Positions 34,248 through 46,822 of a DNA stretch of 64,000 nucleotides are shown here, in pieces (positions within the stretch are counted from its first letter, which is position 1; every line of letters begins with the position of its first letter). Source of the DNA: TPA_inf: Saccharomyces (Eukaryota). A program made the translations under genes and the position numbers. The notes under the pieces are model-generated. The model made no database searches, had not been told where the DNA came from, and saw only the letters and a list, made by a program, of their open reading frames with translations. Location: NCBI GenBank assembly GCA_000146045.2, contig BK006943.2, positions 681,752 to 745,751 on the forward strand, in the 5' to 3' direction.

Positions 34248-36930
34248 TTTTTCACCGCCAAAGAAATGCGCAGCATGTAAAAACTTCTCCGGAGAAAACG
34301 CCTACGGATGGGCAGATCGATCGAATTTCCCCGTGCCTAAATTGTTCTGCTCTTATTATCTGTGATTAAGTGACAGAACTGCAAAAAAAGTTAATTTGAT
34401 GTCGTCGTTCAATAGACATTCACATAACTTTACTCTACGTGCTATACGCGCTACCAAACAGAAAGATCACTTTTTCCCAGTCAGTAGACACTGGGTCACT
34501 TGGGGTTTAGCACACTCGAAAAGGAGTAAATATGCTGCAAACGAGAATGTGCAAGCACCATTCAGAGGATCTTAGCTCGTAGAGAGAGAGAAGCTGTTTG
34601 TGCTATCCAATTTTGATCCTAGCGCTCCGAAAAAGGTCCGTATTAGGAAACTAGATCTTGTTAATTGAAATATCTCCTCATTTTTTTGCAGCCCGCCACT
34701 CAATGCGCTTTGTAACCTGTCATAGCTTGCACAGAGAAGTATCAAAGTCTACATGTGACAAAAAGAAAACCCAAATACTTCTTGGCTATGAATGTTATCG
34801 TTTGATGATAACATCCATTCCTCCAATTGGAAAATAATTACTCACGAAGGTTCTATGCATCCAAAGCGGAACCGTTGCTTTCATTTAATAGAATCCACAG
34901 AACTTTTAGTGTGATTTATACGAATTCCAAGGGAGACCTCGACGTGTGACTTGAATTAAGAAAAAGCCTTGCCAATCATAATAGTTCATATATGATAAAC
35001 GGTCTTGATTCGGGTTCTTATAGCAACAGTAACGAAAAATCTCTACCCTCATAACTTAGTATTGTTGTGTTAGCGGTCATGAAATCTTTTGTATTTCCTT
35101 TAACATATCAGTTATATTTTCTTCACGCTACGTCAGCCCCATTATTGTGCCAACAGTTTACATCCTTTGCATTCAGAGGTGGTTCATTAGTCGCCTACAG
35201 CTGCCCGTTTGGAATGACGGCCCGTAGAGGACACGTTAATAGAAGACATTCCCCGCGATTCGACGAGTACGGCGCACTCTCAATGATTTGTAAAGGTTTC
35301 ATATCAAACTATCAAAATATGCGGGGCTCTGCGTAAACAGAAGCAATCAGACTACATAAGGTCCTCAGTGTAATCTTACCGTAGGCCGATATGTCTTCCA
35401 TTGTGAGAATTTCTCAACATTCTGTGGTTAATCAACCAAATCATGCGATACTAATGATCTTGACGGGCATACATAATAGAAGCTAAAAAAAAAAAACTAG
35501 CCTGAAGCTTATTCTGGGGCCCATATGCTCGAAATGCCAAATTTTCAAAAATCTAGCCCTACATGCACAACAAATGATTGTGCCTGCCTCCTGGCAGGAA
35601 AAGGGTTGATATGAAGATGTCCGGCGGCCTCTTAAACTTAAGATTGAAAGACATGCTAACCTTGTTCCGTTTTAAGGATAAAGAGGAGCCTCAATAAATG
35701 TGTAGTTATCCCTTGCTAATAAAATAGTCTTATTATCTCGCCACTATAAAAGTCGAAGTAAACAGACAGAGACATGTTCGATACTCCACTTGCACTTCGA
35801 AAAAGTAATTAGGAATCCTATATATGCGATGCTATCGTTAATCTTTTACCTTCGTTTCCCATCTTATATAAGGGGATGACGAAAATACCTTTCGGCTTAC
35901 AAATCCATCTGTAACAGCTGAAAAAAAAAACCAGATCTGTTGATCAGTTGTAATCGTGTAAACGAGTACAAAAGGCCAGAGACAGCTTCTACTCCAAGCT
36001 TAAGATACGTATACACAAAAGATTTTTACTTGAAGGAGTAGAGCCGAAGCGTGTGAGTATGACAGCGCTGCGTAAAACATCAGAGACGTATGTAATCTTC
36101 TTGTCTAATCCATTATTGTCAATAACTCAAGCTATATTTACATCTTTAGCGAAGTCAGAAACTTATTGTCATCCTTTCAAGCCTCGCCGTTGACATCCGC
36201 TGTCAGCATCACCCTCACCTAAAGTGTTATTACACGAAGAACTGATTAAATACGCCGAGTTTGGGATGACCTGTTCTTACCCGTTCATTCCTTTTTATGG
36301 CACACTACGGTTAGTATACGGCGTTGGCCGTGTGATAGGGAAAAATAGGGTAGGTAATAGAGAACAATTGATGAGTTTTATGTAATTGTATTCGCGCAAA
36401 AATAAAAGAATATCAACAAAAAATTTTGATTCGTTTACTTCATAAAAAAAAATCCTAAAATTTATGAAAATGATTAAAAAAAGACATCCACTTCCCCATA
36501 GTGCTAAATTGGTATGGACGTTAAATAGCTTTTATCGTCGTTGGTTTTCAGACAAATGTGTAGCACCCTAAGTGTGAGATATCATATATTTCAGAGAATA
36601 TAGCACCAAGTATCGTTATGCGTTCTGGTCCGTACCTGAGAGCTGCTCATAAGAATAGGCAAAAGCAAGAAAGAGTGTTCTGTCAGGAATTTTCAAACTA
36701 TTTACAAGCTAGGAAGGCTATACGTAGTAAATAACAGCCACGATTCGACGTGGATAAACAAACATCTACGAAATCCCATTTTGGCATGAAAAAGTGGAGC
36801 AAGAAAGACTTGAGGTATGAAATACTTGCAATCTTTCACATCAACACTACTTTCAAGATGTTATTGCAAACAGAAAGTGCGATTCTCTTTCTTTCATCCG
36901 GGCGTTACAGATGACCATATCTTCAGTGAG

Positions 36931-37573
36931 GATAACGAAAGATAAAGAGTGCTGGCTCACATTAATGGAAAAAGAAATCTACCCGCTAATTGTGATGGCT
37001 CAGAGTTTCTTCTTATGATAAGGATGTTAGTTTATATCTTGACATGTGTGTTTCTATTGTACACCGTAATAGCAGATTAGATAAACGAGAGGTCATTCGT
37101 AAGGATGAAAAAATGAACATCTGTTTAACTTTCAAGCTTTCTACCATATAGCCGAGATGAGCAAATACATTAAAACATCAAAAAGTGGTGCTTGAATGCT
37201 TATTTTATGACGCAAAGCAGATGTAATGCATCCCGAGTAAAACAGAATACTTAATTTGACTTCAGCAAAATAACTACCCAGAATGAACACCGAATTTGAC
37301 ATTGATAACAAGACAATCTAGGAATACTTTTACATCAGCACAATATCCATGGTGGATCCCGGCGGATTTTTCTTTCTTATTGCACCTTAATCAGGTTTAC
37401 AGCCTATGACTGACTCTGGAGTGTCCTTTCCCAGTATCTGATTGTTTCCGCAACATCTATGCATATCAGAGAAGCGTTCTCATCAGTCACTTGACAAATG
37501 CTCGAGGAGCTATCATTTGCTGATAAGGTGCTACAGCGCGCTCCTGCCGCACGCTTTGTTCCTTTTCGATAAG
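36931..37573 (+). promoter_or_regulatory. cluster of GATAA(G) motifs (putative UAS-NTR / Gln3-Gat1 sites) upstream of DAL5
   Basis: GATAA occurs at about 36931 and 36941 (a same-orientation pair 10 bp apart), 37017, 37078, 37523 and 37568. All lie within 1 kb 5' of the DAL5 ATG. DAL5 is a classic nitrogen-catabolite-repressed gene. Confidence 0.5.
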
Positions 37574-37914
37574 AGTCCCTCGCGTTAGTCTGAGTGAAGT
37601 GCGGAATTCAGCAAACGAATAACAATCGACCTTATGATCATGTGGATTATCGGGGCAAAAGATTTGGCCAAGATGTCAGAGAACGTTATCACCAATCACT
37701 CACACAATTAAGTGGTAGTGTAACTCCGAAGATACGGCTAATACTTATCATTATCTGGTTTTCCGAATATACAGATTGGATGAAGTAATATATGTATATA
37801 AATGGACCAAGGAAACATCAAATTAGGAGATCATGAGGGAAAGGTTTAACATAACAACATTGAAGAAAACAACAAAACAAGGATAATCAAATAGTGTAAA
37901 AAAAAAAATTCAAG

Positions 37915-39546
37915 ATGTCAGCGGATGCTAGTACAAATTCGAATGCTTCCCTAGACGAAAAAAATTTAAACATCACTTCAGAAGCTGAAATCAAGAATGA
38001 AGACGTAACCGCGGAGCCAGTTCTAAGCACGGTACTATCACCCAACGGTAAAATTGTCTACATCAGTGACAAGGTTGATGAGGCCATGAAGTTGGCTGAA
38101 GAAGCCAAAGAAATCGAAGTGACACCAGAAGAAGATAGAAAACTTCGTTGGAAGATCGACTATTGTATGTTTCCTTTGATGTGTATATTGTATGCTGTTC
38201 AATTTATGGACAAGATTTCCACTAGTTCAGCGGCGGTCATGGGATTAAGAACTGACTTGAAAATGCATGGTGACCAGTATTCATGGGTTACTTCCGCCTT
38301 TTATTTCGGCTATCTATTTATGAACCTAGGCCCGGTACAGTTCATTTTCCAAAGGACCAGTCACATGTCAAAAATGCTTGCGGTTTTTATTGTCATATGG
38401 GGAATGTTATTAGCTTTACATGCAGCTCCAACAGTTAAGTATCCTTCTTTCATTGTTTTGAGAGTACTTTTAGGTTGCGCAGAAAGTGTTGTCACACCTT
38501 GCTTTACCATTATCACTGCTCAATACTGGAAGACAGAGGAACAATTCACAAGAGTATCAATTTGGTTTGGTATGAACGGTCTTGGCTCCATCCTGATCAA
38601 CGCAATTGCGTACGGTGTTTACATTCACCAGGATTCTTATGCTATTAAAGGCTGGAGAACCTTATTTGTCATTACTGGTGTGATAACAATCTTCATTGGT
38701 ATCTTGATATTCCTGTGGATCCCTGACGATCCATCAAAAGCAAGGTTTTTATCTAAAAGAGAGAAATTAATGGTTGTCCAAAGAATTAGGTCTAACCAAC
38801 AAGGGTTCGGTAATCACGAGATCAAAAAATACCAAATTATAGAGGCGTTGAAGGATGTTAGGACGTGGTTATATTTCCTCTTTACTGTGAGCTCTAATAT
38901 TCCTAATGGTGGTATTTCAAGTTTTATGAGTATTCTATTGAATAGTGATTTTGGATATTCATCAAAGGAAACCCTATTAATGGGTTTACCTACAGGTGCT
39001 GTTGAATTGGTAGGTTGTCCACTTTTTGGTATTCTAGCAGTTTATGCAGCCAATAAGAAGATACCATTTTGGAAATATAAGTTGAGTTGGGCTATTTTTG
39101 CAGCTGTCTTAGCATTGATTGCTAGCTGCATGTTAGGGTTTGCAACAAACTCCAAAAAAGCAAGACTGGCTGGTGCTTACCTGTGGTACATCTCGCCCGT
39201 CTCATTTATTTGCGTACTTTCCAATATCAGTGCGAATTCCTCGGGATATAGTAAAAAATGGACTGTATCTTCAATAAACTTAGTAGCATATGCTGCAGCT
39301 AACTTGGCAGGACCACAAACCTTTATTGCTAAGCAGGCTCCTAAATATCATGGCGCTAAGGTCGCTATGGTCGTATGTTATGCTGTTATGATCGTGCTTC
39401 TATCTATACTGCTCATCGTCAATTTAAGGGAAAACAAGAGACGTGATAAGATAGCTGCCGAGAGAGGGTTCCCTGAAGAAACAGAGAATTTAGAGTTTTC
39501 TGATTTGACTGATTTTGAAAATCCAAATTTCAGATACACTTTATGA
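37915..39546 (+). CDS. DAL5: allantoate / ureidosuccinate permease (MFS), 543 aa
   Basis: The ORF is 543 aa, with a hydrophilic N-terminus followed by 12 predicted transmembrane segments. Matches Dal5 (YJR152W). Confidence 0.9.
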   Translation: MSADASTNSNASLDEKNLNITSEAEIKNEDVTAEPVLSTVLSPNGKIVYISDKVDEAMKLAEEAKEIEVTPEEDRKLRWKIDYCMFPLMCILYAVQFMDKISTSSAAVMGLRTDLKMHGDQYSWVTSAFYFGYLFMNLGPVQFIFQRTSHMSKMLAVFIVIWGMLLALHAAPTVKYPSFIVLRVLLGCAESVVTPCFTIITAQYWKTEEQFTRVSIWFGMNGLGSILINAIAYGVYIHQDSYAIKGWRTLFVITGVITIFIGILIFLWIPDDPSKARFLSKREKLMVVQRIRSNQQGFGNHEIKKYQIIEALKDVRTWLYFLFTVSSNIPNGGISSFMSILLNSDFGYSSKETLLMGLPTGAVELVGCPLFGILAVYAANKKIPFWKYKLSWAIFAAVLALIASCMLGFATNSKKARLAGAYLWYISPVSFICVLSNISANSSGYSKKWTVSSINLVAYAAANLAGPQTFIAKQAPKYHGAKVAMVVCYAVMIVLLSILLIVNLRENKRRDKIAAERGFPEETENLEFSDLTDFENPNFRYTL

Positions 39547-40970
39547 AATAGTGGTGAGATACACTGACATTATTGTTATCAGAGAAGAATATATAAAACT
39601 AAAATACTTAATATCAAAATAAGGAATTTTTTATCAAAGTAGAATTTCTGTAAGCTACATTCTCTTGGTGTAGAAGATTTCTCGACTGATGTAAAGGACA
39701 AGTCGACTTGTCCTGCCTCATACATACTTGACGATGAAGAGCAAGATACTGAGCACGTGAATCGAGGAACAGGTAAGGATACCTCGAGAAATGAAAAAAA
39801 AAAGTTGATCAGCCGTACTTGAAAATTAAATTTGGCGGTGAGAAAGACAATATCGTAATGAAAATGATTCTGACGACCCTTTGATAGTGGCAATGATCAA
39901 AAAGAAAAAAAAAAGATAAGACGGTAGTGTGAAGATGACATATAGCGCTACTCTATACTCGTCCAACTTCGAAAATAATATGTGGTCGTTGGTACGTTCA
40001 GATAAGAGAATACATCTCGCGCGTACGCATAATTGTGGTCTAAAAAACCGCTGAAATTTTCTCAATACTGAATAGAATCACGCTACTACGACAAGACTCG
40101 GTTACTGTGCCTAAAATAATCCTGTGATAAACGAGTTATGTTAAACGCAGTACAGGGGTTAAAGGGCATTGAGTTTTTGTGAGTGGAAATGCCCCCGTTA
40201 TAGCTTCCAGTTTAATTACAAATTATCAATTTAAGCAAATATAACTGGAGGATTGGGGAGGCGACTAAAAATGGCTACCACGCTATTAGACATACAACAT
40301 TGAGTATTTTATGTAATTTTGTTACTGCTAGCACGGCCATGCAATTGGCAACTGAAAGCTATCTGACAACTTAAATGATTCTTAAAACAATGACGACTAT
40401 AATCTTCTCTAAGAAGTTTCATATCCATCTTCCTCATTATTCAGTTTCTTTTTCCTCTTGAAAGTATCGTAAAGAACAACGTCTTCACATTAGCTATTAG
40501 AAGACCATTGAACTACCGGATATGAGTAAGAGTGATCTTGCCGTAGAGATAATAGCTGCACAAAGGCCAAGGATTAGATTAATGGGTGCATTGTACGAAA
40601 AAAAATAGTTTACAGTCATTTATTCGCAATAAATCAATTTTTTTTTCAAAAAATATGTAAGTCTGATAAAAAATTCTTCACTGAAGAGAGATGCTTACAT
40701 TCTAATTCTTGAATAAAAGACTCTCTAACGCTGTGAATTCTCTTTAGCTGTAACGGAAACAGAGAGTTATTCCGTAGTCACTGAATTTTTTTTTTTTGAC
40801 GCTATTATTTAAAACCTAGGATATCCGTCCCATACAAAACGGCCACGAGTTTCAATCCCAGAATGTACGAGTTATAATTCTCCTAGATGCATGATACTCG
40901 TGCATTCGTTTAACAATCATACCAATTTCCCATTTTCGGGATATTAAACATGAACATACTTTTTTACTGT

Positions 40971-40988
40971 GAGAATGTGGTTTCACAA
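40971..40988 (+). promoter_or_regulatory. possible Tec1 TCS (CATTCT on the minus strand) next to a near-PRE in the PGU1 promoter
   Basis: gagaatgtggtttcacaa. The reverse complement contains CATTCT, and the adjacent gGTTTCA is one mismatch from the TGTTTCA PRE. PGU1 is known to be under the filamentation MAPK pathway. The site is only ~75 bp from the ATG, so confidence is low. Confidence 0.2.
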
Positions 40989-41063
40989 TTATTCCATACA
41001 GGTATAAAAACGCACAGAACTTCAAACGGGAAGACTATCTACCCACATTGATGGACAAACGCA

Positions 41064-42149
41064 ATGATTTCTGCTAATTCATTACTTATTTCCACTTTGT
41101 GCGCTTTTGCGATCGCAACACCTTTGTCAAAAAGAGATTCCTGTACCCTAACAGGATCTTCTTTGTCTTCACTCTCAACCGTGAAAAAATGTAGCAGCAT
41201 CGTTATTAAAGACTTAACTGTCCCAGCTGGACAGACTTTAGATTTAACTGGGTTAAGCAGTGGTACTACTGTTACGTTTGAAGGCACAACCACATTTCAG
41301 TACAAGGAATGGAGCGGCCCTTTAATTTCAATCTCAGGGTCTAAAATCAGCGTTGTTGGTGCTTCGGGACATACCATTGATGGTCAAGGAGCAAAATGGT
41401 GGGATGGCTTAGGTGATAGCGGTAAAGTCAAACCGAAGTTTGTAAAGTTGGCGTTGACGGGAACATCTAAGGTCACCGGATTGAATATTAAAAATGCTCC
41501 ACACCAAGTCTTCAGCATCAATAAATGTTCAGATTTAACCATCAGCGACATAACAATTGATATCAGAGACGGTGATTCGGCTGGTGGTCATAATACGGAT
41601 GGGTTTGATGTTGGTAGTTCTAGTAACGTCTTAATTCAAGGATGTACTGTTTATAATCAGGATGACTGTATTGCTGTGAATTCCGGTTCAACTATTAAAT
41701 TTATGAACAACTACTGCTACAATGGCCATGGTATTTCTGTAGGTTCTGTTGGTGGCCGTTCTGATAATACAGTCAATGGTTTCTGGGCTGAAAATAACCA
41801 TGTTATCAACTCTGACAACGGGTTGAGAATAAAAACCGTAGAAGGTGCGACAGGCACAGTCACTAATGTCAACTTTATCAGTAATAAAATTAGCGGCATA
41901 AAAAGTTATGGTATTGTTATCGAAGGCGATTATTTGAATAGTAAGACTACTGGAACTGCTACAGGTGGCGTTCCCATTTCGAATTTAGTAATGAAGGATA
42001 TCACCGGGAGCGTGAACTCCACAGCGAAGAGGGTTAAAATTTTGGTGAAAAACGCTACTAACTGGCAATGGTCTGGGGTGTCAATTACCGGTGGTTCTTC
42101 CTATTCTGGATGTTCTGGAATCCCATCTGGATCTGGTGCAAGCTGTTAA
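41064..42149 (+). CDS. PGU1: secreted endo-polygalacturonase (GH28), 361 aa
   Basis: A signal peptide MISANSLLISTLCAFAIATPLSKR followed by GH28 motifs (NTDGFD, GHGISVGSVGG, RIK). Matches Pgu1 (YJR153W). Confidence 0.9.
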   Translation: MISANSLLISTLCAFAIATPLSKRDSCTLTGSSLSSLSTVKKCSSIVIKDLTVPAGQTLDLTGLSSGTTVTFEGTTTFQYKEWSGPLISISGSKISVVGASGHTIDGQGAKWWDGLGDSGKVKPKFVKLALTGTSKVTGLNIKNAPHQVFSINKCSDLTISDITIDIRDGDSAGGHNTDGFDVGSSSNVLIQGCTVYNQDDCIAVNSGSTIKFMNNYCYNGHGISVGSVGGRSDNTVNGFWAENNHVINSDNGLRIKTVEGATGTVTNVNFISNKISGIKSYGIVIEGDYLNSKTTGTATGGVPISNLVMKDITGSVNSTAKRVKILVKNATNWQWSGVSITGGSSYSGCSGIPSGSGASC

Positions 42150-44032
42150 TCCTCTTTTAAAGTACTCATATGACTATACATACCTTCTTTTCTTTTCTTT
42201 ACTATTCAATACATAACAGAACAAAGATGCAGGAAAATATTGGTATTTGTTCGGCAATTTATGCTGGGTTTTTTTGTAAATTCAGGTCTAATTATTACTG
42301 TTGATTTGTATCAAGTTGGTATCTTTTTTGCCATTTAATAATAGAGATACGCTATGCTCATCCGGATAGCAACAATGAGAGCCTAAAAGTCCTAATTGAG
42401 AAGAAAATCTCTGTTCAAGACTATAGTTTATGTTTCATTCTGGACCCTTGGGATCGTCTGAAACAGGAAGGTCAATAATTGGTAAAAAAAATGGTAAATG
42501 CGACTAAGTACTACAATTGAAACGAATGAGCGCACTTCATCTGCCTACAAAACGCTGCGGCTGAAAAAGTTACATAAAAAACCGTCCTCAATAGCGTTAA
42601 TCCAGCGTACATGAGAAAGTAATGACAAAGTCTTCGGTAATATCAGTGCATCTACCAATATGACACAATTGTGAAACTTCGCTGACTCAAATAATAGCCC
42701 TGTTTTTTTGACCATTGTTACCCATCGAGCCAGTGAGAAAAAAGCCAAAATATCTTTAAGGCCTTCTCCATTTTATGTTTATCGATATTGTGTTGTCTGC
42801 AATATTGAAATTTTAAAGGCTATTTACTTTGCCTCTTGTTATAAACTAAGTCTGCCGAATTATGCAATATATAGCAAAAGCTGAAAATAGATGTAATTAC
42901 ATAATTCGCAGTTGTATATGAGTATCCTTAACTCGTACATTCCAGTTCATCTGTGACAAGGCACTGTTTTCCCTAATAATTATTAGGGAAACGTCCTTCA
43001 AAAATCAAAATAATTTTAGAGAGTCTCATCAACCTTCGCCATAGTTCGTGATGAAAACTTTACGGTACGTCAGACTTTAGATATTGATTTTTTTATTATT
43101 TCTCCCATCGTGAGTACAATTACCCTAGTTCGAACTATATCTTTCATTACTGGCGGAAAAAAAATTCAACGAATGTTCTTGGCTCAATATAGCTTAGTAT
43201 TTATGTTTAAAGAATTTGTAATATGCGTTACTAGTAATTCCTTTGAATTTTTGAATGCTTTAACTGTGAGTTGGCGTACATGCAGAAACGGCCGTTTAAA
43301 ATTTTACCGATTGCAGTGACAGAAAAGCTAGTTGAATATTTGTTTACATAAGCGATTCAGATAGACCCCTAATAATATCAAGCTAGATATGCCTGTTGGA
43401 AACTTCTCAAAACCTGCGCTAGACGTCCCACGCAATCAACTTACAGATATGTCAGTGCTAGGGAAAAGCCATAGAATGTTGAAAAAAGCGAAAAGGGTTT
43501 ACTAACTTAGGCAGGTTGAAAAGCTTCTCGAAAAATAATACCTTTTGGTAAAACAACGTAAAGAAGTACTGCCATAACGTAGAATTCTGCAGTTATGAAC
43601 ATACTACAGGCGAAATTGCTAAAATTAATGAGGATAGTCAAAATTGGGTTATGAATCAAAGTTTTTTATAGATTTTCAGCACCGGTGTGGCTAGTAGTCG
43701 TCCATACATGACTCAAAGAAAAAAAAAATAAGTGACATAACGCGAAGTGAGGCATTATTGGGCTGCTAAAGAATTTTACGTTGGAAAAGAGGCAAGATTG
43801 TCTCATTTTCCTTCAAAATGAAGGTACTGCTGCCCCGGAGTAATAGTAATTTATTCTCAACAGAAATAGAATATTTAATTAATCAGAGTCTAACATTAAG
43901 GTCATGTGTTGATAGCAGGTGACGCGTCTGTAAAACTAATAAAGTATATAAAGCACATCCATGAGATCTTAAGACGAGAGATTTCCCCTACTCAAAGTAC
44001 AAGCAGGACAGATTCAAAACGCAATCCATACG

Positions 44033-45073
44033 ATGAACACAGATTCACACAACCTTAGTGAGCCATACAATATAGGTGGCCAAAAATACATTAATATGAA
44101 AAAAAAGGAAGATCTTGGCGTATGCCAGCCTGGCTTAACGCAAAAGGCATTCACAGTCGAAGACAAGTTCGATTACAAAGCAATTATTGAAAAAATGGAA
44201 GTATACGGACTTTGCGTGGTCAAGAATTTTATAGAGACCTCCAGATGTGATGAAATATTGAAAGAAATCGAACCGCATTTTTATAGATACGAATCATGGC
44301 AAGGCTCACCGTTTCCTAAGGAAACTACTGTGGCAACGAGATCGGTTTTACACTCATCTACAGTCTTAAAGGATGTGGTATGCGACCGTATGTTTTGTGA
44401 TATCTCAAAACATTTTTTGAATGAAGAAAACTACTTTGCGGCGGGAAAGGTGATTAATAAATGCACTAGTGATATTCAACTGAACTCCGGTATAGTCTAC
44501 AAGGTTGGCGCTGGTGCAAGTGACCAGGGCTACCACCGAGAAGATATTGTTCATCATACGACCCATCAAGCATGTGAACGTTTCCAGTATGGAACCGAAA
44601 CCATGGTAGGGTTAGGTGTAGCTTTTACAGATATGAATAAAGAAAATGGCTCTACGCGAATGATAGTCGGTTCACATTTGTGGGGTCCGCACGATTCCTG
44701 TGGGAACTTTGACAAGAGGATGGAATTTCACGTTAATGTTGCAAAGGGAGACGCAGTTCTATTCTTAGGGAGCCTCTACCATGCAGCCAGTGCAAATCGT
44801 ACGTCACAAGACAGAGTTGCTGGATATTTTTTTATGACAAAGAGCTACTTGAAACCAGAGGAAAATCTTCACTTAGGGACTGATTTGCGAGTGTTTAAGG
44901 GTTTACCATTGGAAGCCTTGCAACTGTTGGGGCTCGGAATTAGTGAGCCATTTTGTGGTCACATAGATTATAAGAGTCCAGGACATCTTATCAGTTCTAG
45001 TTTGTTTGAAAATGATATCGAAAAGGGGTACTATGGAGAGACAATAAGGGTGAATTATGGGTCCACGCAATAA
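44033..45073 (+). CDS. YJR154W-like uncharacterized protein; probable Fe(II)/2-oxoglutarate-dependent (PhyH-like) oxygenase, 346 aa
   Basis: The ORF is 346 aa. A His/Asp-rich segment (GYHREDIVHHTTH) and a distal ...LYHAASANRT (His plus Arg) are consistent with a PhyH-type 2OG oxygenase fold. Position matches YJR154W. Confidence 0.75.
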   Translation: MNTDSHNLSEPYNIGGQKYINMKKKEDLGVCQPGLTQKAFTVEDKFDYKAIIEKMEVYGLCVVKNFIETSRCDEILKEIEPHFYRYESWQGSPFPKETTVATRSVLHSSTVLKDVVCDRMFCDISKHFLNEENYFAAGKVINKCTSDIQLNSGIVYKVGAGASDQGYHREDIVHHTTHQACERFQYGTETMVGLGVAFTDMNKENGSTRMIVGSHLWGPHDSCGNFDKRMEFHVNVAKGDAVLFLGSLYHAASANRTSQDRVAGYFFMTKSYLKPEENLHLGTDLRVFKGLPLEALQLLGLGISEPFCGHIDYKSPGHLISSSLFENDIEKGYYGETIRVNYGSTQ

Positions 45074-45389
45074 TCATTGTAACGGGAAAACATATCACCA
45101 CAAGTTCGCTGTAAATGTGCAGACTGGGTGGCATGCTTCAAAAGCCTATTCTAGTACTTCCCTGCTGTTTTCGCACGGAACCGGTAAGAAAACTTCGTAC
45201 CGAAATCGAACAACTTTCATTACTTGCACTTGTACAAATTTAAGGGAGCGGGATTTTAAAACATATAAAAGGATAGTGGCACAACTAGGAATAAGGTGTA
45301 TTACCCAATATGATTCTCACCTTCGGTTGGGGACTGGTTAATTAATTGAATAGCTTCATAACCCACCGCCGCAAAATGTGCTCTTCGAA

Positions 45390-46520
45390 ATGTCTGAGGC
45401 TTTTGGACCTGCACCTGAACCACCTACCGAGTTAGGACGTCTTAGGGTCCTATCTAAAACAGCTGGTATAAGAGTTTCTCCACTAATCCTGGGAGGTATG
45501 TCTATTGGTGACGCCTGGTCTGGATTCATGGGATCAATGGACAAAGAACAAGCTTTTGAGCTACTTGATGCTTTTTACCAAGCAGGCGGAAATTTCATTG
45601 ATACTGCAAATAATTATTAGTATGAGCAGTCAGAGACTTGGATCGGTGAATGGATGGCATCAAGAAAACTGCGTGACCAGATTGTAATTGCCACTAAATT
45701 TACCACGGATTATAAGGGGTATGATGTAGGCAAGGGGAAGAGTGCCAATTTCTGTGGGAATCACAAGCGCAGTTTGCATGTAAGTGTGAGAGATTCCCTT
45801 CGTAAGTTGCAAACTGATTGGATTGATATTCTTTACGTTCACTGGTGGGATTATATGAGCTCCATTGAGGAAGTTATGGATAGTTTGCACATTCTTGTGC
45901 AGCAGGGCAAAGTACTCTATCTAGGTGTGTCTGATACTCCTGCCTGGGTTGTTTCTGCAGCAAATTACTACGCCACATCTCATGGTAAAACTCCCTTTAG
46001 TATCTATCAAGGTAAATGGAATGTATTGAACAGGGACTTTGAACGTGATATCATTCCAATGGCTAGGCATTTTGGTATGGCTCTTGCTCCATGGGATGTT
46101 ATGGGAGGCGGGAGATTTCAGAGTAAAAAGGCAGTGGAAGAGCGGAAGAAGAAAGGAGAAGGCTTGCGTACCTTTTTTGGTACTTCGGAACAGACGGATA
46201 TGGAGGTTAAAATCAGCGAAGCATTGTTAAAAGTTGCGGAAGAACATGGCACTGAGTCTGTCACTGCTATTGCCATAGCTTATGTTCGGTCTAAAGCGAA
46301 ACATGTTTTCCCATTAGTGGGAGGAAGAAAGATCGAACATCTCAAACAGAACATTGAGGCTTTGAGCATTAAATTAACACCAGAACAAATAAAGTACTTA
46401 GAAAGTATTGTTCCTTTTGATGTCGGATTTCCCACTAATTTTATTGGAGATGACCCAGCTGTTACCAAGAAACCTTCATTTCTCACCGAAATGTCTGCCA
46501 AGATTAGCTTCGAAGATTAG
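45390..46520 (+). pseudogene. AAD10: aryl-alcohol dehydrogenase (AAD family, aldo-keto reductase) reading frame interrupted by an in-frame TAG at 45618-45620
   Basis: ORFs 45378..45620 and 45654..46520 are in the same frame. The upstream piece, from the first ATG at 45390, reads [76 protein letters not shown], the conserved AAD N-terminus. It stops at TAG, where intact paralogs read through (...NNY-Q/E-...[14 protein letters not shown]). Confidence 0.8.
45654..46520 (+). CDS. AAD10: annotated AAD10 ORF (N-terminally truncated aryl-alcohol dehydrogenase), 288 aa from an internal Met
   Basis: [24 protein letters not shown]..., the C-terminal two-thirds of an AAD protein. 288 aa matches YJR155W as annotated in S288C. 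Confidence 0.8.
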   Translation: MASRKLRDQIVIATKFTTDYKGYDVGKGKSANFCGNHKRSLHVSVRDSLRKLQTDWIDILYVHWWDYMSSIEEVMDSLHILVQQGKVLYLGVSDTPAWVVSAANYYATSHGKTPFSIYQGKWNVLNRDFERDIIPMARHFGMALAPWDVMGGGRFQSKKAVEERKKKGEGLRTFFGTSEQTDMEVKISEALLKVAEEHGTESVTAIAIAYVRSKAKHVFPLVGGRKIEHLKQNIEALSIKLTPEQIKYLESIVPFDVGFPTNFIGDDPAVTKKPSFLTEMSAKISFED

Positions 46521-46822
46521 TCAAATCAATAGTTTTAGTATGTTCATAATGTGAAAAATGTTTATATATACGCTTACACACACAGTTTGATGATTCAAAT
46601 ACTTAGAGAAAACTTTGCCGCTCATGCATTTGCAGGCATCTTTTATTGTGTTGATTTTGCGAGGAAATAAAGTGTTAAGATAAAGGGAGTTCATTTAAAG
46701 CTTGTATACATGCTCTGATACATAAATATGTATGTCTATATATCGAGTAGGAAACAACAGCTAATGTGAAATCATAAACAAGTCGTAGAGGAAGGCTGGG
46801 CTGAACGAGTGACGAAGCACGT

